Of a stretch of 64,000 nucleotides of DNA, positions 1 to 14,381 are shown piece after piece (the stretch's first letter is position 1; each line of letters begins with the position of its first letter). The notes beneath the pieces are model-generated. The model saw nothing but the letters and a program-made list of their open reading frames with translations. It made no database searches and was not told where the DNA came from. The stretch is taken from NCBI RefSeq assembly GCF_009914755.1, contig NC_060938.1; one strand, 5' to 3'. The position numbers and the translations under genes were made by a program. This DNA is from the human T2T-CHM13v2.0 reference genome, Homo sapiens.

Positions 1-984
1 TTATTAAACACTAGATGAGCTACAGAGGAAGACAGTTGTGTTCTCATTCCCCACCAGACTTTAAAAATAGGATGGATTCTGGCTGGAATAAATGGCTTAA
101 GTTGGACTAGCCTGGAAGAGGGGAGGAGGAAAGGGGAGATGAACAGGATGGCTTCTGTAAGACCCTTTTTGAGCCCTGTAGTCTTATGATTTCTGTTATT
201 TCACAAGATTTAGAGTCATAGACTAACTATAGCTGTTCTACAAACAGACAGGAAAACTTTTAAATTTGCATTTACTGATTTTTTTTTCTTTTAAGATTTC
301 CCGAGTAAACTCAGGCTACACTAAAGAAAGATGTCTCATGACTGTAGCTTACACATATCTTTGATATCTTTAATTTCAAAAAATTAAACCTTTGAATTTC
401 ACGGTCTTAGGTACCGAGGTGAGGGTAAATGTTAGTGCCATCAACTATTGTCAATCTAGGGTATATTTTCTAACTGTTAAACACTAAATCTCATTCCGGC
501 CATCTCCCATCCCCACCCCAGCTCTCAACATTCTATTAGGTAAAATACATTCTCAGGAAATCTCAGGTATCAGTCAGTTAAGAGCAGGGTGTGGAGATGA
601 GGAAGCCAGGTGAGCAGGGGGCTCCAAAATCTGGAAAATGCTATAAAGGATTTTTGTGGGTTGGAGGAAGGCTAAAACTCCCAACATACTCCAGGGTAGT
701 CATTCCTTGCTAAAACTTTGGACCATTTCCACAGACAAATTCCATGGCTAGAGCTAGACAGTGAAGCCAATGGGAGCACAGGGTTTGCTTTAGAGATTTG
801 TTTCACAGCCAGCCTTTCTGAGATGCATCCTTTTGGAAAAGCCCAGCAAAACCCATATGGAGCTAAAAGATTTATAATGGATTACTTTATGCTTTAGTCT
901 TCTGCTTTGCACAGTAAGACATTGCTATATAAAGGGAATTAATTATAAGGCTGTGAATAGTGTTTGAGAGATTCAAGTTGGTAC

Positions 985-1135
985 ATAAACAATGAGGCAG
1001 TCTTGATTAAGAACAACTTTGAAGTCAGACAAGTTGGTTTTAAAGTCCAGTTTTTCCAATAACTAGAGGTATAGTTATGGACAAGTTACTTGACCTCTAA
1101 GCCTCCTTTCCTCATCTATAAAATGAGAATAAATT
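985..1135 (+). mobile_element. MIR fragment
   Basis: GGACAAGTTACTTGACCTCT…TTCCTCATCTATAAAATGAGAATAA core. Confidence 0.7.
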
Positions 1136-4100
1136 TCAGTAGAAGGCTTCTTCATTGACTTGATCCAGATAGGTAGTTGATGCATTCATTGTACTAGCTG
1201 TTTAAAGAAGGGAATCATAACAAATAAGACTTTAAATGTATAATTTTATCTTAAAACATAAATATCTATATCCATTTTCAGCCTTTCGTATAGCATGATA
1301 GCCTTTTCTCTAAGAAGAGGGTACCTGACAGGTTGCTCTATGTCTTTCCTGCATAAATCATACCCTTAATACGTTACTGTCTTTGATTTCTTTAAAATGG
1401 AGCAGGAATTTAAAGGCATTTGCAAAAACATCAGAGCATAGACTCTCTAGATTCTAGTTTTTCTTTTTACAATTTAGCTTATAGTTTTCTCACTCACACT
1501 GAATTCAACAGTAGATTTTTAAGCAAAAATAATGAATATTTCTAAAGCATTTAAGTTTTTTTGCAGTTAACTTTATAACTTGTGTGTCATTGTTTCTGTG
1601 ATGTGTTTTAAAATTACATATTTACAGTAAGTACAACTGGCATAAACAGGCTTGGGAACAACCTGTTTGACCCTTGGTACACCTACAAGTCAGCTGGTGG
1701 GAGCAGAAGGGCACAAGTAAATTACAGTGCTAGGGGAGTCAGTAAGCCATGAGCATCAGTAAGTAGTTTAAAGGGAATGGAGAGTAGTGGTTGGTCCAGA
1801 AAGTTGGTTAAGTGAAGATGAGTTAAGAGAGCATTTAAGGGTGGTTGTGAGGATTAAATGAGAAATGTGTGTAAAGCACTTGCCAGTAGGATAGCCCTTA
1901 TTGTTGTCGTTATTACTGCTGGTAATAGTAAGGGTGCTTCTTCCACAAGCCCAGCCTCTGCAGTAAACTATGATGGAATAGGATCTCTGGGGAAGCCCTA
2001 TGACAAAGCTATCCCATTATGCTAAATTGAAATCAAGATACTTTGAATCAGTTCTACAAAGAGCCAGCCTTCCACAAATACCATTATTCCCTTAAGGATT
2101 GTTCTAGTGATATATATTACTAAATACTTTAAAGTGGACCAGATTTTAAAATAATAAAGAGTAAGGTAAAATTGTGTTGATGTTGCTTCTTTGGGATCCA
2201 TTATGAATAGGAATAGTTTTTTAAATTAGTAATAATTATAAGAATATTATTCACACTTTTAAAAATTATCCTTAAGTAACAGAATAGGATTTAATAGGAA
2301 CAAATGAGGCTCTGTACACACATTCAGGCCAGGGAAGTGTGACCAGTCCCAAGAGGGCAGAGTATTTGAAAGAAAAAAAAAATTGCCATAGTGAATTCAC
2401 TTCCAACTCAGAGTGTGATCTTAAACTCACGGGGATTCTCACTTCTTTATGAAAGTTTGGGGTTGGATGACCCCTAAGGCTCCTTCTTAGCACTTTTATT
2501 CTTTGCTTCCAAAGTAGAATCTTCAACTCAGAGAGTGCTGCTGATGAGTCGATAGTACTCATTTTGGGCTGGGTGGGGGAGGAGAGTGAAATGTCTAGGA
2601 GAAGTGGGATGTGTCAAAGCCAGGAAGAGAGCCTCCTGCTGTATTCAGCATTAACTACATACTACGTGAAAAATCTAATACGGTTTTGGTCCCCCTAATT
2701 TTAAAAAAGAATGTGAAAAAATCAGTAACTGCTACCTGGAGTGTGAAGGGAAGTCTGGTGGACAGGGTGAGGGAATTATTTATCATCCTGCTCTTTGAAG
2801 TAAGCACCATATTAATGTCATGTATTACCTATTAAAAATATATAAAATGAGAAATACATGAAGATATTAGTGAAGAAAGAGGGGAAAAAGAAGATAGCCT
2901 AAAATAAAAAGCAAAATGATTCAGCCTGGAATAATAATGCTAAATAAGGGGTGATCTGATAATTTAGAAACGTATTAGAGTTTATTAATAGGAAACACAG
3001 TATCATGAGTTCCTTAGTCTCTGCCATATAGAAAGAAAAGAAAATTGGCAAAAATAATACTGGTTTAAGGTCATGGTGATGATGAAACTTCAGGAGCATG
3101 CTACAGTTATAAATGTGGATTCTAAAGAAAAAAAAATCAGAGGATCACCAAGTTCTGTTGCTTGGCACCTGAATCACAGGCCACTTGAAAGCCATTCTTG
3201 CTTGATGATTGTGGTTTCATCAAGACAGATTCTTTTGGAAGAAAAGTGGACTATTCGAAGGCTCTTTGTTTTAAGAGATCTGATAAATATTTAGCATGTT
3301 ACTGGTCTTATTCAAGTACCAATAAGTCAAATATTTTCACAGTGGAAGCAGGGACACTCAGCTTTTGCCCTGTCTCAAAAACTACCCATTTTCGGTTAAA
3401 AAACAAACAACTTTTGCTATACCCAAGTCAAAACAAAGTCAGACATGTATTCCTCAGCTCCAGTTTCTTGAGAGGCCTCGATCGATAGGTAGAGCACCCA
3501 ACACTGTCCTACAGAGCCTAGAAATTAAACTTTCTCAGAAGACAAGGGCTGACGAGAGGGTACATAGTATTAAGAAATTGAATATACTCTCTGTATCTCT
3601 TGTTAGTACCCAGGTGAAACATAGGAGACAAAACACATATTACAGAGGTGTCTCATTTTACACAGTGGGTATATTTCCAAAAAGTTGTTGAAGCAACCTT
3701 TTTTTAAATCAAATTATTTTCCCATTGAGTAAAACTATGATTCAGGATATGAATTTTCTTAGTTGCTCGTTAGTCTTCATTTGCCGGAACTCTTAAATGG
3801 GGGTAAGGTCCTCAGTTCCTGAGGGTCTCTAACAAAGTGAATATAAAGTATTGAAAACAAATACTGAAAAGATTTCTGTAGATGATTTTTTTGGCAATGT
3901 GTCTAACAGTCTTCTCTGATTGTATGTTGGGATTATTTAAGTATTAAGTATTCATGTTTTTTTCTTCTTCTCTGATTGTATGTTTGGATTATTTAAGTGG
4001 CTTGTGTTGTTTTTAACAAGTCACATTTATATGAAGTTGCGGGGCAGGGCAGGTGGCAGCTACAATGCCCCTCTCAGTGGTGCTTCTAAATGCAGAGGAT

Positions 4101-4338
4101 GTAGGCTTCCCAGATACATCAGGAGTTAGAGAACTTGCTGAGGAGAGACATTGACATGATGATTTGGCCAGAATATTGCCCTGGGTCTGCATCCAATGCA
4201 TGTGTTGGGAGAATGCTCAAGACTGCAGCATGCTTGCAAAGTTGGGAGAATTTGGGTGTAGTCATGAGGCCTTAGGGAGCTACATTGTGAGAAAGGGTGT
4301 TGTTCACATATGTTCATCATTATTCAAGAAATTATTTT

Positions 4339-4631
4339 GGCAATGGCCCACACCTGTCATCCCAACATTTTGGGAGGCCGAGCGGGGAGGATTGCCTGAG
4401 TGCAGGAGTTCAAGACCAGCCTGGGCAACATAGCTAGACCCCTATCTCTACAAAAAAATAAAAAATTAGCCAGGTGTGATGGCTTACACCTGTGGTCCCA
4501 GCTCCTTGGGAGGCTGAGGCAGAAGGATCGCTTGAGCCCAGGAATTTGAGCTGCAGTGAGCTATGATTGCACCACTGCACTCCAGCCTGGACTACAGAGC
4601 AAGACCCTGTCTCAAAAAAAAAAAAAAAAGA
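4339..4631 (+). mobile_element. Alu (AluJ-like)
   Basis: Dimeric Alu with A-rich linker and poly(A); TSD AAGAAATT(A/T)TTTT at 4326-4338 and 4632-4644. Confidence 0.92.
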
Positions 4632-5620
4632 AAGAAATTTTTTTCATGCCTATGATGTTGTTATTCATTCTGCTAGATTTAGCAGCATAATGTTAATACC
4701 CCAACACAATGTTACATCCAAGTATTAATCTAAAAGTCCATAATGACATCTCTGGGTAAAAATGACCACATTTATAGATTTGTTTACTTTTGGCAATGTA
4801 GCTCTAAATTCACCTGGAATCTCAAAATATTGTGGCTAAAGTTCAAAGTCTGAGAGTCCTTGATGCCCAAGAGTGTCTCTACTTTGGGTATGAGACTGAC
4901 AACGTGATTGAGGCTAGGCAGTCCCTGAAAGTGGATCTGAACTACAGATCCTAAATTCAAGGTAAGCATCTTTGCAGACCTCGCTGTTGTTCAGGAATGA
5001 GTATTGTCAATACTCAGAAAAAGGAGATGTCTTGCAAGCAAATATGTTGCTTGAAGGTTTTTTTTTTTTTTTTTGCTCAATCTATGAGATTTGTGAAAGA
5101 GAATTTAAAGCTGTGTATGGTCACAGTTCTTTCCCAATTTTCTGTTGGTGATTCTCTCTTTTTCTTGCTAGAGACAGCTGCATAATTTTTATTTGCTTCT
5201 AGAGCTATTCTCTTGCTCCTCTTCCCCCAGCCACTCAATCTATATGCAATTCAGAGACCAGGCTAATTATGGGGTGCTAGAGAAGCAGTTGCCCAGAGAA
5301 AAGCTCTTTAAGCACTCAACTGGGATAGAGCTGGGGTCACACTCGTGACCATCTCTCCATTCACGTCTGCATGTCTGCGTGTGAGCTGCCTTCCACTCTT
5401 TTGCAGTTGCATAAACAAACTTTTTAGAAAGGTCAACACAAGGAATGAATGCTTTTTCTTAAAGAACAGAGCAAGGAAAGATTTCATGTTTACTTCTTGA
5501 GGCTTCACTACTGGAAGAATAGCCACAAAGTGGCCAAGAAAGAAAGGATATGTTCCTCTCCTTAACCAGGGCTTTGTGTTTTTGGCTGCCCCAGCAATGG
5601 CTTAGGAGCAAGAAGCTTTA

Positions 5621-6273
<653 letters not shown>

Positions 6274-6817
6274 TTAGACTCAGCCTTTTGGAATCCTCCA
6301 GACTGACAAGGATTTGAATGGGGCTTTGGCTGGGCTATCAGAACTCTAGAGGAAAGGCAACCTGCTTGACACCCAGATTTATCTTCAACTTAAAGAACCC
6401 CACTGCCAAGTCTACACAATTGTGTAGACCCCACTGCCAAGTCTAAAATGGGTCCATGACGGTCATGAGGGTCCCATTGGGAATCACAGCCCTAAGCCCG
6501 TGACAGAGTAGACTTGAAGGCTTCCTTTGGTGCTGGAGAAGTTTGCTTTTCTTCAAGTCCTATCATTCAAAGTTGAGTCTGACTTTCCCAAATTGTTCCA
6601 GCTCTGATCCACAACTCCCAAATCTAGCAATGGAGGCGGCCTGGTTTCTAGGATTGAAGGGAGAATTAGGACAAATGACCCCTTATTTCTCAACATTCCC
6701 TTCTTTGTGACACACTGTTTCATTCCAGAACATGTGTTCATGGCACAGATCTGGCAGGGTTGCTAGTATACTGAATGGCAGAATCAAAGTCCAGAACGGT
6801 CTTGGGCAATATCAAGC

Positions 6818-6985
6818 TGTGGTTCAGAGCACACATGGTGGCGTGAGACTGACCTGGGTTTGAGTCCCAGTTCCACTGATTACTACCTGTGTGACCTTGG
6901 AGAAATAGCTTAACCTCTCTTGGCCTTGATTTCATCAACTTAAAAAGGAGTACTAAGTGCCACCCATAAGCGGTTGTGAAAGTCC
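6818..6985 (+). mobile_element. MIR
   Basis: CCTGGGTTTGAGTCCCAGTTCCACT…TGTGTGACCTTGG…TTAACCTCTCT. Confidence 0.75.
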
Positions 6986-7074
6986 TCTCTGGGTTTACAT
7001 ACAGTCTTTTTCTTGAAGACATCCTTCTATTCTCCTACTCCCATCTGTGTTAGTTACCCTCAGTCTAGCTTTCC

Positions 7075-7600
7075 TAGTCTAAAATATTTGCTTCTGCAGC
7101 TCTAGAAAATTTTCTTGAATTTTCAAAATAATTTCCTCTCATTAATTTTCTTCCTCGCTCTTTAAAGAATTTCAGATTAGATAATAGCTCCTCTCTATTG
7201 ATCTTCTAATCTCCTTAATGTTTCTTCTCCTATTTTGTTTTACTTTTAATCTTTCTGTTCTACTCACCAGGTGATTCATATAACTTGATCTTTCAAACAT
7301 ACTATGTAATTTTAGATCTCTGCTATCATATTTTCAAATTCCGAGAGTTCTTTTTTGTCTTTTTAAGGTTCCTTTTTGTATTGCATTCTGTTCTTGTTTC
7401 ATAGCTGCCAAATCTTTTCTAATGTCTCTGAAGATATCACATTTGATTTTTGGAGTTCTCTTCTGCTCCCAATATTGCCTGTGTTTCTTGGAGTTTTTTC
7501 TCTTCTGTTTGTGTTGGACTCTGTCTCAAATAAGAAGCATTCCTCAGTTATCTGTTGATTCTTACTTTCCTTTTATTTAAGAGGAAGGGACCTAGAACCT
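7075..7600 (-). mobile_element. Old LINE-1/HAL1-type fragment, antisense
   Basis: Long T/C-rich stretch with the texture of antisense L1 ORF1; highly decayed. Confidence 0.5.
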
Positions 7601-8299
7601 TATGTGTGTAGATTTCACCACAGAGAGATCAGATAGGAACCTAACCTGGCTGTTTTTGTGGGACTCACATATATCACCATCTGCAATTCTTTTCTCATGG
7701 ACTAGCCCATTACCATTAAAGAAACCCATTACCAGCCTCCTCCTGAGGGATATAAGCCTTACTGCGAGGGTCCTAGGGCCTGTTAGGAGTAAGGTGCTAA
7801 GATGACAGTTGCCTTGCTGAGCAGGGTAGAAGGGAGAATCTGAGGATCTCTCTGTACCTTAAACATAAATTCTAACAAACCTATTTTTTTTTCTGCACAT
7901 GAAACCCAATGCAAAAACAGGTTGTCTATGAATGGCTTAGCACCAGGTTCCCCAAACCACCAATTTCCAGCCCCTCCCTGCACCCCTGCCTTCAGAGGTA
8001 CCTGCTCTCCAAGTCCTGAGCTTCATGGAAGTTCTACCACATAAACTGCCATGTTTTCCCTTGCTATGGGCACACACACCACCTTTCTCAGGTCTTCTGA
8101 GCCAGTTCCCTCATGTCCTTCTGTCTTCCAGCTTACAACAGTTTGTTGACTTCAAGTGGTCTGCTGATAACCTTTTCATTTCCTGTCATCTTCTCTCCTG
8201 CATTCTTTGTCCTCGTGAGTTTGTGCCTTTGCTGTCATTTTTGTGAGTTTTCAGAAGGAACAGAGATAACATTCGCATAAATTGGCAGTCTATTTTAAT

Positions 8300-8460
8300 T
8301 GTCTACTTGTTTATTATCTATCTCCCCCACTAGAATATAAATTCTAAGAGGTCAGGAACCTGGTCTTGTTCACCATAGCATTCCATTGTCTAAAACTCTG
8401 GCTGGCATATTGTAGATGTTCAATAAATGCTTGTTGAATGAATAAATGAGTGAATGTGCA
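8300..8460 (+). mobile_element. L2 3' end
   Basis: CCCCACTAGAATATAAATTC…TCTTGTTCAC…CAATAAATGCTTGTTGAATGAAT. Confidence 0.75.
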
Positions 8461-11162
8461 CATCAATGAATGGCATGTATTTAGATCTCTTTGTGTAGTC
8501 CCTACGCCCCAATAAATAGTAACTATCTTATCCACAATTATTTCAATTTTGAGGGTTAGATAATGAAACCAAACTTTATGCTACTTAGAGCCATTGATTT
8601 TAAGTGGGGATAAATCTGTCTCTCTTAAATAGAAATCTTTAATGGGGAGTGTCTGAAATGCTTTTACCTCTCAAGAGCTTCCTCTTCAAGCTCTTACTTT
8701 TCTTGATAGTAATCTTCCCACCATAACTCTCATTATCAATAGGATGTTGCCTATTTCTAATAGTTAAAATGAGGGCTGCATTTGGAAGGTAAGGGGCTGC
8801 CTGAAGATCACGTTGCCACATGGAAGAAGACTAGAACTAGAGCTCAGTTCTTCTCATTGGCAATGGTACCTTTAGCCTGTCACTTTCCTTCTCTCGGTTT
8901 CCATTGTCTTATCCAGAAACTAGGCTGGAGAGAATGGAAAGATTAATTAAATGATCCCTGAAGTTTTTTTGAGGCTCTAAAATAAGAGATTCTGCTGTTC
9001 TGCTTAGTTCTAAAGTGCCAGCAAATAATAAATAACTATCTCTAGGGCCTAGGTCTTAGAAATAGTGACATCCTTGTGAAAATGCCCAGTCTTTTTAAAT
9101 GACAAATTGGACACTGTATTATAGCATTTTGTAGATAAATGATGGCTTCTAGCAGTCTACATATAAATATCCCATTTGTAAACCTCTGCATAAATATATT
9201 TTCATAATAAAAATCACAGAAATAAATACAACCTAAACTGATTAAAAAGATTAAGTATTAATGGTGAAATAAGTCTTTCATGGCGACTTCAGCTTTGGCT
9301 GAAGAAGATGTTGCTTTTTCCAGTCCATAAACAATACTTCACATCAATGGTGGCAGTCCCTCTGACCAGTTAGGCAAAAATGAGAAGGTCCCATAATATG
9401 TCTCAGGTGGTGGACAGCTAATATGAGAAGGATAGGTATTCAGAGTGCCCAGACCTGGAAAATCCCAGCCCAGAGTGAAGATGTGACAGCTCTGGTTCTG
9501 GAACAACCCCACTGGCATACAGTTGTTTATTTGATGTTCTACTTCCTGCTGTGTTTATGCTGTTCAAGCTGTTGTACAAATCTATAGGCCTCAACATTTG
9601 GGTCCTGCAATGCATAGCTCTGGTGTTAAATGAGGAATTATCTACTTTAGATCACAGACTTTATTTTTTTACCCTTCTTTGTCAAAAAGATACTGATACG
9701 AAAACTAATGACCATTGATATGCTGTGACGGATGAAGACCAAAAACATTAGGGTTCTAAGTCTTAGCGTCAACATCAACTTTGTTAAGTGACCTTGGGCA
9801 ATTGCCAGATCTCTCTAGGTCTTTGATTCCTTAACTGATAAAATAGCAAGGGGAGTGGATTAGATGATATTCATCTAATCATGTATTTAATGTTTCTTCC
9901 TGTTTTAAAGTTCTGGGATTTTGAGTTAACTCGGGGGTAAATACATGAGGGAGACAAATTGCAGTGTTACCTATACCTTCCAGTCTTCTGAAAGTAATGT
10001 TCTTGGAGGAAGAGATCAAGAAATGTAGCACCATCATTTAAATTCCCTCAGGACGAACTCTATTGGACACATAAACAATAGCAACAACTTCTACTTTCAA
10101 TAAAATGTCGGCATTGCTCTCTGCCAATTACCTTGACAGCCTGACTCAAGAATGAAAAGCTCTATACCGACCCCATCTGGTACCTTGTGAGTCAGTGTTC
10201 ATTTCTGGGAGAACCATTCTTGAAGCACAGCTTTTCGTTCAGAGAGACATTATGGTTATCTTATATTTTTAAATAGAAAAAAAAAACCCATCTAGGTGTT
10301 TCTCTTAGGTCTGCTGCTCCTCCAGCATTTAATTTGAATTTGAAAGATTCTGGTTTGATTTTTTGTGTAGATGCTTGCCTACCCTGCCCTCAGAACACCC
10401 ACAGAACAGCAGAACCGTAAGCTTTGTGCACCATTTGGGGAAAGCCCAAATGAAAAAGAGATGCTTTCCATGTGGTTGGGCAGGTGATTTCTAATTTAGT
10501 TATAGGGAATCTTTATGCTACTCAGAGCCATGAATTGTAAATGATTGCATGGAATAGCCAACTTGCAGACAGGGAAACAATATGTTTACCACAGAAGCAA
10601 GAATAGTTTTTTTGACTTTCATATAGATCCCCTGATACTGTCCCTCTAAAATGGAGGATTCAGAGAGGCATCTTGGTCCTGGTGCATTACCACCTCCTCA
10701 AAAACTTTCATTAGTCCTAGAAATACTGTGGCAAATTAATTGAAATTGAAATGACCTAAAATTTTTACATCCTTCAGCAATTCTTCACCTTCATGGAAAG
10801 TGTTACTTAGAATATTAACACTGCCTTGCGGCTTCTAGCTTCTGCGTGTTTCTGAATGATAGAAGGTGATGGCTTAATAAATGATAGAAAATACTGTTTG
10901 CATCTGTGCAGCCTTGTTTTTTATGAATGCTCTTTTTGGCATCAGTATCCCTAGCGACTAATACAGTACCTATGCAGAGAGATGCTCACTGTTCATTACA
11001 TGAGTGAATAAATGAGGTTAGCTTAACTCTCTGGGAAGTTAACAATTAGCATTTTTTCATTTCATAAAGCATCTTCCCATACATCATTTTAGTTGGCCTT
11101 CATTGTCATCCTTCCTAGTGCTTAGCATATGCCCAACACCAGGCAGATGCTCAGCAAATATT

Positions 11163-11237
11163 GGATGGATGGATGGATGGAAGGAAGGAAGGAAGAAGGA
11201 AGGAAGGAAGGAAGGAAGGAAGGAAGGAAGGAAGGAA
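11163..11237 (+). repeat. (GGAT)4(GGAA)4GAA(GGAA)10 compound microsatellite at an L2 tail
   Basis: Read directly from the sequence. Confidence 0.95.
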
Positions 11238-11279
11238 TAATGCAGGACGCATCTATTCATAGGACCCCCACAGCAACCC

Positions 11280-11710
11280 CGGTAGGTAGGTGGAATAAGG
11301 TATTACCATTATTGTAACTATTTTCCAGATGAGCATACTGAGGCCCTGAAAAGCTAGTGGACTTGTTCAGGATTTTGAATATCGATTGTTCAGAGTCAGG
11401 GTCAGTAGCTAAGCCCAGAGTTCTTTCTGCCATGAGAAGCAACACGGTGTCAGGCTAAGAACACAGGCTTGCAAGTGAGAGAACCTTGGATTTTGAACTC
11501 TGGCTCTTTCCACTGCTCAGCTGTCTGAGCTTTGACAAGTCAGCTATCCTCTGCACCTCAGCTTGCTATCTGTGAAATGGGGGTGGGAAGAGGGTAATGG
11601 TAGAATCTGCTTCAGAGAGCATTAAATGAGGATTAAATGGAACAACATGTTTACACATTTAGCCAAGAAGCTGACACATAGTCGGCACTGTCAAATGGTA
11701 GCTGATGATA
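11280..11710. mobile_element. Two adjacent MIRs in opposite orientation (about 11280-11430 minus, 11450-11710 plus)
   Basis: ATTTTCCAGATGAG…ACTGAGGC on one side; CCTCAG…ATCTGTGAAATGGGG…TGAGGATTAAATG on the other. Confidence 0.65.
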
Positions 11711-13124
11711 TTGTGTGCACTCTCCTGCGGCCTCTTTGGAGGCCAAAGGACTGGGAACAGTGGGCCTCACAGGTGGGTCTTTGGGTTGCATTTGGGAAAA
11801 CAGCAGTACAATATCCCCAGCTCAGGGCAGGTAAGGAGGAAACAGCAAAAACAGAGTTCATTCATTCAGTTACCCTTCCATGAGATCCTAAATATGCAGG
11901 AAAAACCAGACATTAGGAGACCTGGGAACAGGGAAGAACGGTATAATTTGGTGCATTCCTTTCTCCAGAATCCAGCCCTTGTGAACAGCTGGCTTCTTTA
12001 CCCTGACACCCTAACTGGCTGTTCTACTGGTATCATAAGGCAGACTTTAAAATATGGAGAAATAACGTGGGGACAATAATATCTCATCCAAATGAGCTGG
12101 GGTGTGAGAGAGAACCGCACTGCATAAATAGGCTAACAGCATCACAGGCGATTGGCTCTAGGAGGGGCTGAGAGACCATCCACTGGGCTGTAATGTCTTT
12201 TTCAACATTGTGACCTCAAGCTTTTAGGGCATGTCACATGGTGGGCACTCCACAAATATCCGATGAATGAATGAATTCATCTGCTCCAACCTCTTGCTTT
12301 GCATATGAGGAACCCAATGTTACCCAGACACGTAATAGGTTCTCAGCCTGAATTTCTTAAAATAATGGAGGTACTTAGAATCTTTAATAAGGATTTCAGT
12401 CAATCTGTATTGCTTACAAATGTCAGGACAAAGACAAGCTCTCATGAAGAGTTCTGGGCACTGAAATTTAGTGGAAAAGGAGGTGATTCACATCTCCTGA
12501 CCCTCCATAAAATACACATGAAATGTGGACACTTAAAATGTGTGAGAGGAAAGGAAAAACCAAGTTGAATCTGAATCAAAGAAAAAAGATTCTTACCAGG
12601 AAAAGCAGAAGTTTGTCAGTATAGGTGAAGATTTTGAAAGAGCAAGGTGAAGTTTCTCTTCAGTATGACAGACCATGATGGAAAATTTACCTCTTGTAAA
12701 TCTGTGAAACACTATCAAGTAATCAAGATATATTTTTCATGCCACATGTAATAGGCTGAAAATGCTGCATGAATGTCATTAGATTAGCTAGTACTTTTGA
12801 GATGATTTTTCCATTAGCAGTGTTGGTTTATACCAAGTTATTCTTACTCTAACAGCTAACAACTAATATTTCTAGAGCACTTTACAATATGCAAAACATT
12901 TTAATGTGCATTAAATGATTAGATTTTTTCCAATAATCACATAACGTAGCCTTTGTTATCTACTAATGGGGAAAACTTTAGGTACAGAAGTACAGAAGGG
13001 CCACATGACTTCCAACTCAAATCCCAAATTCTTCTCCCTTCAGCAGTCCGTTTTTGTTTTGGTTGATGCCTACCCCAACGTCAACAGAACAAGTATCAGC
13101 CAGCAAGAGCTGCGTATGTAGTTA

Positions 13125-13268
13125 GAGCATCTTAACCTTGAATGTACATACAAATCTCCTAGGGTCTTGTTAAAATGCAGTTCCTGGTTCAGGAGGTCTG
13201 GGGTGAAGCCCAAGAGTCAACCCTTCTAACAAGATCCCAGTTGATGCCAATGCTACCTGTCCATGGAT
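13125..13268. mobile_element. MER5A-like hAT-Charlie fossil
   Basis: Characteristic CTTGTTAAAATGCAG…GGTCTGGGGTG…TTCTAACAAG…CCCAG…TGATGCC. Confidence 0.65.
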
Positions 13269-13829
13269 CTAGAATGCAATTTTTTACCATTTGTGAGTTG
13301 GTTATGCTCTCACCAGCTGAATTTCCAGACTAAGAGAAAATGTGCCTGGAGCTTTCTGCAGCTGATTCACATTCAAATGGGGCCTGAGGCTGACCCCTGA
13401 CCCTCTCTTTCCTACTTACAAGGGTGAAAATGACCACAACAAGAGGCAAGCACTATTGCCCAGGAGTCAAAATATTTTTCTGGGGAGTCTTTAGGAATTC
13501 CTGCCCAGGTATCATTTGGATTGGAACCCTGGTTCAAAATATCATTTACTTTATCTAGAGAGCAGTGCAAGAGTGATCAACCCTGAGCTAAAGAACCTGA
13601 ACAGAATTTTGCATGGGAATCCAAAGCAAATAAGATAATCATTGATGGGAAAAGTGAGGGTATGAATTTTGTCTTTTAAAAGCCCCATGAAAACAAAACA
13701 AGATGCTCATTCTTTTGAGGCATCTTATTAAGACCAGCAGAAGCAACAGCCAATCTAGGGAGGTTTGGACTGTCCAAGATGTGGGACAAAGTTTGGGGGA
13801 AAGTACTGAGGCAGGAAGGCAGCCCAGTG

Positions 13830-14009
13830 CAGTGGTTCTTGACCCTGGCTATCGATTAAAGCCACCAAGGTGCATCTAAAAGTACAAATGCTCTGACCCT
13901 GCTGCAGGGATTCTCAGTGACTTATTCTGGAATGGGACCTGGGCATCGGGGTTTTTTTTTTAAAAGGCTCAAAGGAAGTTAAGTGTACAGCCAAGGTTGA
14001 GAACCACCG
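13830..14009. mobile_element. MER5-family hAT-Charlie MITE (180 bp)
   Basis: TIRs CAGTGGTTCT … AGAACCACCG; internal GGACCTGGGCATC. Confidence 0.75.
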
Positions 14010-14077
14010 GTCTAGGAGAAAACTGTGGTAGGTCACAAGATGGAAGGTGGAGTGAAGAGTTTGTATTTACGTGTACA

Positions 14078-14350
14078 GATAGTCTATTACTCATTCAGGG
14101 TAACTGCATTCTATAAAGTTGTTGTGAACACTGAATTATTGAATATTGAATGATTGCTTCTAGAGAAAATACAGGGCTAGGTTCGGTCACATTTTTGTCA
14201 ACTTATCAATACATAATGTTGTTTTATGTGTGTTTCTGTTTAAAGATAGTTTATTTAATGTATATTATTGATTAATTAATGTTGAACTCACAACAAAGAA
14301 CACTGTAATTCATACCTGAATGAAGCTTATCACAACAGCCTTCTTTTTTT

Positions 14351-14381
<31 letters not shown>

